Source: Phoronis australis
Lineage: Eukaryota; Animalia; Phoronida
Assembly: GCA_002633005.1 (NCBI GenBank)
Contig: NMRA01000599.1
Coordinates: 186,001-249,643 of the forward strand
Direction of reading: 5' to 3'
Length of the DNA: 63,643 nucleotides
Shown: in pieces, positions 14,224 through 28,027 of the stretch
Position numbering within the stretch: position 1 is the first letter of the stretch
Layout of the letters: every line of letters begins with the position of its first letter
Position numbers and translations under genes: made by a program
Notes under the pieces: generated by a model
Told to the model about the DNA's origin: nothing
Seen by the model: only the letters and a program-made list of their open reading frames with translations
Databases searched by the model: none

Positions 14224-15573
14224 ATGAACGATCACCTAAATGCCAGTCAGTTTGTACAGGATTATCGGTCTCAGTTTCTAGAAAAAGCGCTTTCAATGCC
14301 CGGAACATCATCAACAATATTATTTTCAATCTGTTTTGTTTTAGGAACCATTGGGAACCTATTGACTATTTTTGTGTTTTATAAACAATGTAACAGTACT
14401 ACGTCAATTTATTTCGTAGTCCAATTGGCTGTGATTGATCTTCTTACGTGTACAATTGTCATTCCGTATCAAACCGGGATCACTTATGTTTTAGTTGAAG
14501 ATGACAGCGTATGCAAAATCTTCGGCGGTTGGGTGACGTTTTTCACTCTTGGCGTCTCCGTTTACCTGCTAGTTCTAATAGCGCTGGATAGGTATTTCGC
14601 AGTTTGTCAAGCGACTTCATTTGTTATGACACTAGATCGCGCCAAAAGTGTTACAGCACTCATTTGGTTGTTTTCCGCCATGCAGGCTAGTGTGCACTGT
14701 TTGTATTTCGGAGGATATGTGCGGCCATCCGACGCTGGTTTAGGAAACTCGTCCCTGTATCAGTACGTTGGAGATTGCGCTGTCGGACACGATCCGTATA
14801 TTTTGCCAGAGTCTGTATCAGTAATTCTAAAAACATCTCTAGCTGTGCAGTACTCCGTTTTTGTTGTTCTTTTCGCTGTGTGCTACGTTCTCATATTCAT
14901 CAACGTGCGTCGCAGGGAAATACTCCGTAAAATGAAACGAGCGACTCTCTCGACAGCCGAATCTTACGTGGACTCGTGCGTCGACGAGCATACGGAAAAC
15001 GGTGACATGCTACGTAAGGAAGTGGAAAACAGGGAGATACTTCCTGAAGATCCTTTACCTGACGATGAGCTCATAGAAAACGACTCGAAACGCTTACCAA
15101 CGGTGCTTTTTTCTATTGGGGGCCCAGACTCCTCGTGTTCTTCAGAACCGTGTGATAAAAATGCAACTTCGGACATAGAACACAACTCCTCATCTAATGA
15201 CAACACAGATTCTCCACAAATGAAAGTCTCGCTAAAGAATAAGATTTTTAAACGAAGTAACGGACCACCATCTAAGATGATTTCCAGGGCATCTCTTAGC
15301 AGTCTGTTTACGTGGAGGTATGATAAATCTTCCCAGCGGAGGAAAGAAAGACGCAATCATGTTCACATGGCAAAAATATTTGTTGTGGTAACGTTGGTTT
15401 TCACTGTTTGCAACGGCTTTTATTTTCTCAAGGAGTTCGGTGTCCTTCGCACGCCATATAGAAGGACTCTCTCGTTCTTCGTGTTTGTGAACAATATCGC
15501 CAATCCATTCATCTACGGTTTCACGCACAAGAAATTCTCACTTGAGCTAAAACGATTGCTCAGAGGCACATAG
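14224..15573 (+). CDS. Class A (rhodopsin-family) GPCR, orphan peptide-receptor-like, single coding exon, 449 aa
   Basis: Seven hydrophobic segments; TM1 GN (GTIGNLL), TM2 LAxxD (LAVIDL), TM3 Cys and DRY (LDRYFAVC), TM4 W, TM7 NPFIY, helix 8. First in-frame ATG at 14224; the ORF-track start at 14191 is GTG. Confidence 0.93.
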   Translation: MNDHLNASQFVQDYRSQFLEKALSMPGTSSTILFSICFVLGTIGNLLTIFVFYKQCNSTTSIYFVVQLAVIDLLTCTIVIPYQTGITYVLVEDDSVCKIFGGWVTFFTLGVSVYLLVLIALDRYFAVCQATSFVMTLDRAKSVTALIWLFSAMQASVHCLYFGGYVRPSDAGLGNSSLYQYVGDCAVGHDPYILPESVSVILKTSLAVQYSVFVVLFAVCYVLIFINVRRREILRKMKRATLSTAESYVDSCVDEHTENGDMLRKEVENREILPEDPLPDDELIENDSKRLPTVLFSIGGPDSSCSSEPCDKNATSDIEHNSSSNDNTDSPQMKVSLKNKIFKRSNGPPSKMISRASLSSLFTWRYDKSSQRRKERRNHVHMAKIFVVVTLVFTVCNGFYFLKEFGVLRTPYRRTLSFFVFVNNIANPFIYGFTHKKFSLELKRLLRGT

Positions 15574-18500
15574 AATGAACGGATGTCAATATTTCAAGGC
15601 ATGTTGTGTTCATTCACCAGCTCAAAGGCGACCGCTCAATGGACGAGTGCGCTTAACTACGTATCTTTTACTAGGCACTTGCAGTAGTGAGTGAGGCAAT
15701 AGCTGTATTTGATTGACTTCGCCGGTTACGCCGGGTCAACGGCCTAAGAAATCTGATTGGTGCGTATGTAAATCAGAATTCGCCATCGAGAACCACCCAA
15801 CTGTTTTAGCCGTTTGACTCGGCGGAACCGGCCAAATCAAAAAAGTTCCTGTCATATAAAATTAACCTTGTTCTTAAGTTTGTTACGCAATCCAATCTAC
15901 TCTCGCCTAAATCTTTTGATAATTTCACATGGAGAACCCGAAAACGAGTTGAATATTTTTTTTGGCCATTTCATAATTTTTAGCCATTTGTGTTCATATG
16001 TTTGGGTTTTCAGTTTGATTTCCATATCCTTTAACTGCCGATGTGTCTTGTTTAATGTTTAACAGAATTTCAAATAAAACTTCGGTTAAAATTAAGTTTG
16101 TCGCCACAATAGTTTTGGAAGCTCATCCAATGAGGAAAAGGTTTTATTTGGAAGCATGGTTGGGTTTTACAATTCGTTCAAAGCCTACCTGGTCTACCTA
16201 CACATGTAGGTTTAGCTCATGCATGTGCAGTGTATAAAAACATCACTCTAACCCTACTGAAGTTATATATTGCCAAATGTAATGAGCGGTCTAGTTTATT
16301 GTATTACCTGAGTCTCGCTAGAGTCTTCAGTTAATGGCAATGGTGGCGAGATCGTCTCATCTAACAGTCGGCTCATCCAGAATTGCCAACACACATTTTG
16401 TGGAAATCGAATACATGCCGCGAGTCTGCCCAAAAATAGTGCGGTAAAGGAACAACTTACTAGAAGGGGAACCAAAAAAGTTCTCAAAGCAGTCATAGTC
16501 ACTTGGCATTGATTTTGTTGCCCAATAGTTTCAAGATGTCTTCTTTTTTCGTCTGAAAATACCGTGTCTTGTTGCCTGATCGGATCTCAGTAAAATAATG
16601 CGCCAGCGTTAGCTTGCGAAACAAATACAGGTAAAGGGGTTCGACATAAATTGTCACAAAACGGTAAGGTAGTAGTTGTTTTGTAGCATTGGCTAATTTA
16701 TATAACATTTGAATATTGTTTTCATTTAAGCCAACAGAATGTTATATTTGAAGTGTTCGTTTTGCGTTAAGCTCTGTAAAAGCGTTATAATCATAGCGCG
16801 CAACATCAAATTTCACAATGACGTCACACTAAACATGAGAATAAGCATAAACATGCATGAAATGTAGACATAATGTGTCTCAAATTGTGGTAAAACGGCA
16901 AATTTGAATTCAATAAAGAAGAAAGTTCTGGAATTAATTCATTCAACTCAAGAAAACATAATTTACAATCCCACCAACAAAACATAATGATTGCCATCTA
17001 GTGAAATGCAGTGCGTCAAGTGTGATCATGAAAATGGCGTGCTTTCTAAATAGCCAGCAAATACGCGAGACATCAAAGTAGGACACTAAAGAATAAATTT
17101 TACCGGGATACGCGGCATTTTTGTGTAACATCCAAAACGCTAAAATTCAAGGTACTCCAACATGGGCGGCGCAGCACTGAAAAAAGTGGGGGCTAAAACC
17201 ACCTCAGCCCCCCTGTGGTGCACCGCCTATAGACCACGTGCGGCGTAGCACTGAAAAAAGTGGGGCCCGTGCGCCGGCCATGTCCAAATATGGAAAACTG
17301 TTTACTTACGCCCTCCTAAGAAAATCGGTTAAAGGGGAAATATCATTAAAGCGTTGAAACAAAAACCTGAAATCGTGCAACGAAATTGTTTCCTTTTCAA
17401 AAAGATTTTTAACCTTAATTTGATTGAAGATGGCTATAACTTCAGTAAATTTCACATTTTTGCAATAGGGGATGCGTATATGAAGGTGACTAACAGAAAT
17501 ACGAATTCGGTGACCTCCATATTTTTGCATGATTTGTAAGCAAACACCAAACTACAAAATCGAAAATGAAAAAAAAAAACATAAAGTCTGTGTCGAATCA
17601 CCTTGATATTCAAACAGCTACGACCAACCCCTCCTCACATTAGTGTTCCATTCGATATACTCTGGTACCCGATATCTGTCAATCGCAAGGGCTACTTCAC
17701 GTACGTATCATTCGATGTAGCTGCGTTTGAGTGTTTAATTGTCATTTTCTTTTCTTGCTAAAACATTGCTAGGACTATCTGGATGGTCCAATGCACCCAT
17801 AATAACACGAGCTTCCAGCACTACCTTACTGGTAAGCTTATACATTGTCCAACAAGTAATTTTACAGTCCAGGGATGATGCCCAACAACACTATACGCTG
17901 ATAATAGTTACTGCATAGACTAGGACTTATAATTATCTGGTTATCTGGTTTTCAAAGTGGATTTGTCCACTTAGGAAAGCGGATTTTGTATAATTATGCC
18001 GACTGGAGAGATTCCAAAAAAAAATTGAAACTTAGCCAGGAATTTCAATCTGTTAAAGCTGTATATCTCCGCTTAGACGCCAATGTTGAATTCTGAACCA
18101 CAGCGCTTTGAGGTTAAATAACATTACCACACTCATCCGGTCATGAATTATTGCCGAATGAGCCGACAAAGCAAGTCACAATCGACGCGTATTATGCACC
18201 ATTTTAAAAATTAATCCACACTTTTAGGGTACGTTGGCGAGCCCCAATGAACTCTGGAGCCTTCAATTGGGTTGCTGATGGTTCTGATTCTTTTATTAGT
18301 ATCATCGAGATACACACGTAGACTTTTATCACGGTAAGGAGTAGTTTATGAGACTGATTTTGTGAAAGTAAAAGGTCTTATGCGATTTGAAGTTTTCAGC
18401 CAGCTATCTGGGTGAAACGTATCTTTAATTAAATTACTCAAACACTGGGAACACCGTAACAGTACGTCATCCGTACGAACAATCTTAAGTGCATATTTAT

Positions 18501-18755
18501 CTGACGGAAATAGTTAACTATCTTACCAAAAAATCACCAGCATCTATTAGTTCCCCGTCGGGATGGTTACTTGACGACTCCAGCAACCAAGGTCATAAAA
18601 GTGGTTTAAACTTAAACGTGCTTCAAATTGGAATTAGACCAGGTTTAAAGGTAACCTATATTTCATGATACTTGCAGACCAATGGTCTAGTAAAACGTGA
18701 TTTAACCCCAGTTTAAACCTGGCCAAGCCGGTTTTCGTTCCACCACTGGCGTCTC

Positions 18756-18910
18756 CAGGGGCGGATCCAGGATTTTGAGTTGGGGGGGCATGGGAGAGTA
18801 TTAGCCAGGATTTTACCCGTCAGACATTCGCAACCCCGAACTGCCAAATGGAATCTGGGAGAATTTTAGAGGACCATGGTCCCCTTGGCCCCCCTCTAAA
18901 TCCGCCACTG
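18756..18910. mobile_element. Harbinger-like MITE (CAGGGGCGGATCC...ATCCGCCACTG family)
   Basis: Short TIRs; interior clearly homologous to 48191-48345; related ends at ~2567-2706, 10307, 11690-11845 and 19463-19475. Confidence 0.7.
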
Positions 18911-19817
18911 TATTAAGAATTTAAACCAGGTTTAATTTTAGACCTAACCCGGAGTCTAATAATCTTTTTACTCAAAATCGAACTCGAAAACATTTTGGGA
19001 TTTTCTCCTATTCTTTTGAGTGTCTTTTAAGTGTCTTTTATTTTATGTTCAATTACATAATGTCTTACGCCTTTGAACTTGAAGACCTCAGCATTAAGGC
19101 TAAAAGTTTGAGTCTGAATTCGAACTTTTGAGCTTTTACGCGAAATCCCAGTAATCTCAGTTTTTACTCGGGTTTATAGCTCGAATCTAAAGTTATCAAG
19201 AGTGAACTATTCGAAACTCATATGAATGGACCATAATAAACTGGAGCACTTATCTTGCGGTTGCACTAAAATTTAATGGAAAATGATAAAAATAATTTCA
19301 AGTTTCAAGTCGCAGCTCCTCCATCTTGGCAGCCAACAAAAACTTAGCAAAAATGACGTGAGAATAAATTTTGGCATTTATAATGTCACAGCTAGTCGTG
19401 AGCGTATACTTCTGTGCGTGTGTGTTGGGTACAGAAAAATGTTGGCCTCCTCATGAGATTTTAGATCCGCCACTGGCTCCCCTAACAATTTTGTTTCTAA
19501 CTTTTTACAGTGGTGAAAATTCCTTTATAGCCTTCATTCTTGAGTACTTCCAAATGTCCTGTTTGTCGCTGCATTTTTCCCATTGCGGAAATGTGCAGCC
19601 AGTCTGGAAACATTGTGTGCTGCTTACGTTGACTTGATTTGGCGTCAGTGATCTTGTTCTCTATAACATTGTCTTTTCTCTAATCAGTTTCCCCAGGAGA
19701 AAAGCTTTCAAACCTTTTTCAATTCATTTTATTGATAACAGACCCACTATGTTTCCACATTATCCAGGTTCAATTGAAGCGAAGCACTTCAATAGCTTCC
19801 TTGTTGAGCTAATCCAG

Positions 19818-21060
19818 ACAAGAGCAACGCAGAGCGTTGAAATGCGCCCACAATTGCAATGTATACGGTATCCTCTAGGGTTGTTTATTGGTACCATAAA
19901 GTGGCCACAAGAGGTCATATATGTAGTATGTTGTACTTTGCAAAATGGAAAGGCATGGTCATTGTCTCCTCAATAGGCTAGGGGCAAAATGTGAGTGATC
20001 TTCATAATACAAGCACATCTTATACATCAGTTGCTTAAAGCACCACAGAAACATAGAATTAAAAAGAAATTTACCAACATACGAGATTAGCACAGCATTA
20101 GAATGCCAGAAACAAATTTCTACTTGGAACTTTTCTTTCACAGTCACAAAGTAACACAAAGTATACACCTGAAGACCTATGAAAATACAGAGGTCAATGT
20201 AAAATACTAAAATTGCCACTAGAGGCATACTGGTAGTCAGAATCATCCTAAAGTCGTCATCGCCGTTGTCAACATCACATAAATACACTTGCTAAATTTA
20301 GTAAAGATCCTTCAAACGGTTTGGGAGATACAGCCATGGGCGCAAAAAACTGTCACTAGGAGGCGCCACAGTAATCAAAGTCATGGGAAATTCAGCGTCA
20401 ACCGTCCTCTTCATAGTAAGAACATACATGCCAATTTTCACAAACATACTTAGAGCGGTTTGGTTGATAGAGGGGTGGACGCCAAAAACAGACTCAAAAA
20501 CAGTAAAAATGGCCACTGGGTGTCGCAAACTAGGTCGAATCCATCCGAAAACGGGAGGATAGCGTCATCGCACTAATAGGTGCCTACATACCAAATTTCT
20601 TGAAAATCCGTTATGGCTTTTTGAAGATACAAAGGTAAGCGTAAAAAAAACTAAAATTGCCACTAGGGGGCACACCGGTAGTCGGATCCATCCAAAAGTC
20701 GTCATCTTCCGTTGTTAACATCATATAAATATACATACACAATTTCGTAAAGATCCTGCGAACGGTTTAGGAGATACAGCCATAGGCGCAAAAAAAACAA
20801 AACTGCCTCTAGGAGGCGCCACAGTAGTCGAAATCGTCGGAAAATCATCGTCAACCGTCTTCTACATAGTAAGCATATACATGCCAATTTTCACAATCAT
20901 CCTTTGAGCGGTTTGGTTGATAAAGGGGTGGACGCACTAAAACAGACTCGAAAACACTAAAAATGGCCACTAGGTGGCGCAAATTATGTCGAATCCATCT
21001 GAAAACGGGAGGATAGCGTCAACTCACTAATAGGTGCCTGCATATCAAATTTCATGAAAA
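19818..21060 (+). mobile_element. Helentron/HINE-like dispersed repeat with internal ~150-bp tandem monomers (~450-bp trimer)
   Basis: Head ACAAGAGCAACGCAGAGCGTTGAAATGCGCCC shared with 61787(-) and 24666; 20215-20650 repeats at 20659-21060; truncated by N at 21061. The Helentron assignment is inference. Confidence 0.65.
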
Positions 21061-24000
21061 NTTATTGGTAAACCACCTTTATGAAATCCGCTGCAGCTGC
21101 TTCATAAAATGTGACTCACTTAGACTGAAGACGAAAGTTGGCCAAATAAAGGTTTAACCGTCTAATCATTAGCATATCATTGCGTGGAGATAATTTGTAC
21201 AAGTTTTCTTAGTAAGTAACAGTCATGAATTTTTTCTCGGATACTTTATTTCTTTGCTAAAGTGAGTTTTAATTGTTTTTCATAAACTTGTTATTTGGGG
21301 GAGGGTAAGTTTACATTTCTGTCGTAGGCCTTAAGTCACTTTTAATGAAACAAACCCGATACTAATTGGGGTAGCAATTATTTTCTTTTGTCAAAGCCTG
21401 TCATTTTAACACAAAGAACATAGGGAAACGAGCTCTTAAAATCAATAAACAGAATTTTGTCGGATAAGACACCCTTTCGTAGGGAAACTGATGTGGAAAA
21501 CGTCACCCATCTGAGCGACATCCCAAGTAAACCTGCTCTATGAGGGGGACCCCCAAGTCTTAAGGGGGTGTTTTCGTGTTAGTTATTCTTGATATTTTTA
21601 GTTACATTTAATTTTAAATGCCTGTCAACGCTTTCATTTTGTAACGGATAAGGTAAGTTTCAATCACATGATATCTTAAAAACTTCCCTTCTGCTCTCCT
21701 CAAGCGTTCCGCACACTTGGCGCACGTCCCCAAATACCGATAGTATGGCCCGAGTTCACATACGGCAGTGGAAGGTTTCTATGTTAACACGGGACGGGTA
21801 GTAGAAGACAGTTCGCGTGAAGCGATCGGACCTACTTCACTAATAATCACATGTCAAATCCAATATCAAAAGTAATAACATACCTCTAATCCTCATTTGG
21901 CCTACGGTATTAATAGCAATACTTGAGTTATTGAAGAAATGTCATGGTCCAATTAAATTTGCTCAAAATCGATAGTTAATAAAAGTGGCACGTAATCAAT
22001 ACCATGATATCATATGCGATTTGAACTTAAAACAAGTATATCAAGTCCTCGTTGAAATTCATCGAAACGAAACGTATCTTTCTGTTGCCAATTCACCAAA
22101 TTATGGTTAAGTAGAGTCCTACAAAGGTGTCTGGATTTGACTAACTTCGAAAAATTAATACAATACAGAAATGGCTTATGGGATTCAAATGAAACTTTAT
22201 AATACCATGCTGTATGCATAGTTCTTAAAAACGAGGTAAGGAATTGTTCTTAAAATGTTCCACATTTGCATGTGGGGCTATCAAAAATAGGTCTTTTATC
22301 ATTATTTTCGTGAAAACATCAAACCTTAATCGTGCGCAAATTTTAATGTCGTTAAAAACTCCACTCTTCCTGGGTTAATTTAATTTGATTGTCACCGCGA
22401 AAAGAATGTTGTTTTGCAGTTAAATTTGTGGAGCGACCATGTGTGTCAACTTTTGCCACCGGCGGAGATAGGTTTTGCCCCCCCCCCCCTAATAATTAAC
22501 AATTAATTATTGAAAGTTTCGACACGCAAACTTAGTATTCAAATAAAATTGGAAATTGAACAGACTCTCTCTCCTAACCATCATCTGCTTCCTACAGCTA
22601 CGTTTTAAACGGCGGCAAAGGACAAGGTACGTGTCATTTGAATGTCGGAGTTGCAAAAATTAACGTACGGTTGGTGCCAAGTTTTGATGTACGTTTCGTT
22701 GCTAGAGGACCGCAAACAGAGTCATGAAATAAACAGTAAAAGCGAGCTGCGCATAAATTTCCAAATTTTTACTCACAGCGCCTAAGAAGTTTTGCTCGTC
22801 ACCTTGTCGTGAAGCTGAAATGGACATAGAGCAAACAAGCGGGAAACACCGAAGTAAACATTGCCCAGTAATTATGTGTACTGGTATTCAAATACTAAAA
22901 ACCGCTGACCAAATGAAACAAATTCCGATAATTTGCTGTGACATGCGCGCACCCTTTTGGAAGAATAAGCAAGATTCCAAGTTCACACACACTCAGCAGA
23001 TCATGGAAGAATCGGCGAAAAAATTGGCCAATAGGTGACACTCATTCGTAATGTTGAAAGTCGGTGCAAGACAAATTTAACAGCAGAATAACGGTAAAAC
23101 GGCAATCTTCGTAGCACTGTGAACTTTTGTAGTTAAATCAAGGAAGAGTGAAGTCTTTAATGACATAAATTTATTGCCGTGTTGTTTTTGGCTACTTTTT
23201 ACCCACACCGGTGCAAAGCTGTATACAACACAGTTTTGCATCAAGACTGTGTCATACACAAGTTACCTACTACCTAGTGTTAATTATACTCTTTTTTCTG
23301 TTTTAGTAAAACTCTTGCACAGACGAATTTTAACGTATTTACATCTAGTCTCAAACCAGAGTTTGTTGGTCTGGACTGCCGTTTGTCGGAAAAATCGGAT
23401 GCTCTCTCGACATGTCACCTTTTTTCCCAGCGCAAGGCGAGGCTTAGAAACCTTCCTATTTTACTAAGTAATATTTTTTGATTAAAGAAACTTACTTTAT
23501 GTTTAAAGCTGGTGAAAACAAATTAAGGAGATTGGGACTTTCAAGCGTAGGCGTCAAAGAACCGGGCGGATTTCGCCAGCAGTGAATCTTACGGCACACT
23601 CACTTCCTCACACGCCGGCAGAGCACAACACACAGACACCAGGCCTCCGGCAATCATCGATGTTTTACGACACACAAAATGCGATTATGCCGCAATTTTT
23701 AAGCAAATTTTGAGATACTAGCTTAACTAGAACGTAAACCTAATATAACATGTATTAATAAACACGCAAGAAATATCAATGCGGTCTCCCATAAGTTATA
23801 TTTGTGATGGATAGTGACATTGTATAGATACGAAAAATGGAAAAAATGGATTGCTTTCAAATTTATTGAAGTTGTACTAAAGAACTTTATATCACTGGCG
23901 ACATTCACCTGAATCGAGACATGGACATCCATCAGGCATAATTTGTTCCATTATATTGCAACTGACATTTATTGACATATTGTAATTGCTACTGCTGTCA

Positions 24001-24665
24001 GTAATCTGGGAATAACAAAGATTAAGTAGCGAATTGTTAAGCAACGTACTCCAGTTCCAAACTAACCAGGTCAGAGAAACAACGGCAAGTTAAAGATGCA
24101 TAGTCTCATGTTGAGTGGCGGCTAAATTGGCCAATCAGAACGTAGCATTCTTGACACACCTTCGTTTCCAAGCCGCCATTTTACTAACGACACGTCGTTA
24201 GGTAAAACTTATTGTTTGTCGGGTGTCACGCAACTTTTCGTAAGGGGGCAGAGCTTGCGACAGGTCAATTGTGAATATGCAAAGTGAAGTACTAATTTAC
24301 AAACATGCCAGGATCCGCCAGTATGCCGGAAACCATCCGAGAACCAGTGACCATTATAATCCAGCGAAAGTCTCGTTTTGCGAGACTACATTTATGTAAA
24401 CGAGTAGCCTACGGTACTATTTCATCGTTACCCTAACAAAACAAAGCACAGTTTTATTATTATTTCAATATCAAATAACGACTGCGCAACATTTGGAATT
24501 ACTAAGGTTTATTATATGTTCACAATTGTTTTAAAATGTATCAACTGTGGTGTTTTCTCTAAAACCGCAATTTATTTACAAATTGATTCCTGGTTACACG
24601 AAGTCACTAGGAAGCGCCTGCTACAAATTTAAATATTCACGGTTTTAATGAGACATGGCATCTTT

Positions 24666-25850
24666 AAACAAGAGCAAATGCGGAGCGTTCATATGTGCCT
24701 ACCGCCGGCATACCTCGTAGGCACATCACCAAGAGGTGCAATGCCAGAACTTCCGGAGGGGCGAAAAAGCAACAAAGCAAGTCACTATGTTCGCCTCACA
24801 CTTGCCACCTTTTATCATGATTCTTCAGGCAGTTTGGAGGATAGAGAGGCAGTAAAAATTTCATAAGCATCCATCAAGGAAATTGTCCGATATCAAGCCA
24901 AAAACAACGAAAATCCACAGTCGGACTTGTCAAAAATCCACGTTAGCATTTCTCGATTCGACAGAAACACAACCGAATTTCAATGAGATCCACAAGGAAC
25001 TTAGTAGATATTGAGCCACTAGCAAAAAAACAGAATTGCCACTTGGGGGCACCACAGCAGTCGGACCCGTTCAAAAATCTTCGTCAGTCGCCAATTTTCA
25101 TAATTAGACATAACGTGGTTTGGCCGATAGAAAGGCGGATGCTAACCAGCAACAAAAATGATAAAAATGTCCGCTATGTGGCGCATGATACGTCGATCAA
25201 AAATCAGGAAGGTTTCGTCGTCTTCTTAACAGTAACCTATAGCGCCACCTATGTCAAATTTCCTTAAAATCCGTTAACGAACTCTCAAGAAATAAAATTT
25301 ACCACCGAGAACCTCAGCGGTAATCGGATACGCCTGAAAGTCGTCGCCATCGGTTGACACGTTCATAGAAAAAAATCTACTTGTCCAATTTAAGAACTAT
25401 CCTGCAAGGGTTTATGAGATAGACTTTCACTAGGTTGCACCACTGTAGTTGGAGTCGTGTAAAAATCAGCGTCCCCTTTCTACCTTTCCAGTAGAAACAC
25501 ATACTTAAAATTCCGTAATGCATCCTCAGTAAAGTGGTTGGGCCAATAGCGAGGCGGGCGCATAAACACTCAAAACAATAAAAATGGCCACTGGTGGCGC
25601 AGAACGCATCCGAAAACGGGAGTCTTCGTTTCCAATTTTACTTGACAATTTTCATGAAAACCTGTCCACTGAAGGAAGTCCAAAGATACAGAAACAATAA
25701 AAACTGCCACTAGGGAATACAACGTTACTTGGATCCGTCCAAAAATTTGCTCGTGCCTTTCCACTTCACGAACATCCAGCAATTGAAAACGTTTTGAAGA
25801 TGCAATTGAAGATGCAGCAGCGGACGGAAGACAATTACTTCAATTTCCGT
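24666..25850 (+). mobile_element. Diverged copy of the ~150-bp-monomer Helentron-like family
   Basis: AAACAAGAGCAAATGCGGAGCGTT head; recurring GCCACT(A/T)G motifs and CAAATTTC..AAAATCCG blocks. Confidence 0.55.
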
Positions 25851-27936
25851 CTAAAATAAGGCTAGTTTTAACCAAACTAGTATCATGGGCAACTGTCCTT
25901 TAGCATTTTCCACACACTTAGCTCTACAAGCGCAGGCCCCTATATGACTATGATTTTTTTCAAGTTGTGACAATAATGCAAGGATTAGCAAAAAACAAGC
26001 TCTTGGCACTTCAAGACTATGAGCAAATGGCACACAATTTCAGTAACTACCGGTATTTAGCTATAAATCACTTTGTATGTAGGCGCGTTGGAAGGTAAAC
26101 AGTATGGGGGCATTGGGCTTTTCCTCCTCTCGTGGTCAATTTCAGGCTCCTCCAAGTCTACAGCCCCGCTCTAAGTGGGACCAACTTTGCTGTTTTTGGG
26201 ACAAACCCGGGTCAGCAGCCACCAGAAACGTGGTATCCACGCCTCAATACAATTTCCCGAGAAATGGTGACCCCCACTTTCAGACTTGAAAACAACGCGT
26301 GATGACGATTGCATTTTTACCTTAAGGGTACACAAATAACTCTTTACGGAATGTAAGCAAATCGAACCGCGGACTTTGGAATGAGTATAAGAATAAGTGG
26401 AGACTCATAGCCATCACCTCGGTCATTCAAATTCATCTATTTCGGAGGGTGATAATGTGGCCTAAGGCAAAGATACATTAAATTACGGTATTAGGGTCAT
26501 ACTCAAGGATGAAATTAGAGGTGCCCCTGGTACACCGCCATAGGGTCAGTCATAAATTATCTTGTTGAAACACGGGTACCCGATTTTCTGGCAGTTGCAT
26601 CCGGCCCAGGCCACAAACGATACAAAACTAATCGACTTTCACCAACCTTCATGATGTCAAAATCCATCGAATCACTGATCAATTAGTTCTCGAGGGGTTA
26701 TATCAGATCGGCAAAAATTATTTAGTGCACTTTGTTGTTCGGGGTAAGGTTGATAAGAGATTTTCCTGAAAGCTTAACACGCATCGAACTTCAAAATTTG
26801 TCTATGGATCAAGTCGGCTTTTGTAGATAGATAATTTTGTATACCAGAAGCCACCGAATTCTTGTAGGTTACCAGACGAAAACAACCTTGGCATATTAAA
26901 CCCCGTTACCTGGCAACACAATATACACAAAGCGTACATTTTTCGCTGGACGTAGTCAAGTTGTACTGAGGTTTTTGAATCTGAAATTTACTTTGTGGAA
27001 TTTGAAGGCAACGCTCGAAGGCAAGCACGCAGATACAGGATGACGGGGAACCGAGATAGCATGATGGGCCAAAGCATCTCACGGGTTGTTTTTTGAAGGC
27101 ATTCGTGTTAAGATGAATTCTGGTACATCCCAGTAATAGTCTTTCACGGTTTAGGGGTTGAATTTGAACTCCAAAGTGGGAAAAATCTTTGTAAGATTGC
27201 CAGTACATATAAATGGAACATCTTAATACGTTAAATACGTAAACTGTACAGATAGGACAGTCATAAAAAATCGTTGACGGTACCTCAACAGTCTGATGCG
27301 CATGTGCCAGTCTCCATCTTTTTCAATAATGCTTTCCAAGTAAGGATAAAAATATCACTTTTGTAATTCTTTGGAAGATGTAAATATTTTCATTATAAAA
27401 CCAAAGAGAATATCGCCTTTGTGTAATTCAAAAAGAATTCTGTTTTAAGTTCTTCAAACTTTCATCTTTTCCATGGCAATCAATGGTAATATTCTTTACA
27501 TACAGTTAGATTTTGGGTCTGGCGTGTCTTAATGTTACCCGGTTTCACATGAACATGTTCTGCGTTTTCCCGACCTATTTGAAATTTCATTTACTTCCAC
27601 TTGTGAATAGTTGACAGTGCTGGATTTCTAAGGGGGGAAAGGGCCAAATGCACCATGCCGCCTCTACACGAGAGGGCACCGTCTGAAAGGGGCCAAATAA
27701 CAGGAAAAGGTATATCTTTAAAAATTGGAAAACTGTCACAGTAAACTCCATCATGGAGTAACCTTCTAAGAGGTGACCTTCCTCGACATGAAAGGTTGTA
27801 CCAGGACTTGGAATGATCAGGGATAAAAAAGAGGAAAATTTTCCAGGTGACCAATAGTTGCACAAATAAATAGGCTTGTGTGATAGAAACATTTTTTGTG
27901 TTGTAAGATTCAACTGAAATAAACGTTTTTGGGCAA

Positions 27937-28027
27937 TAGTCTGATATAACGTGCCCGCATTTTGAGAACCAGCTTGATGCCCGTTATTTAGTGAGAGAAA
28001 CTGATTCGGGCACGTTATATCAGACTA
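27937..28027. mobile_element. 91-bp MITE with 21-bp perfect TIRs
   Basis: TAGTCTGATATAACGTGCCCG ... CGGGCACGTTATATCAGACTA; the host repeat recurs without it at ~49665-49882. Confidence 0.8.

Noticed and set aside
14964-15528. Antisense ORFs over the GPCR
   Set aside because: Shadow frames of the real CDS.
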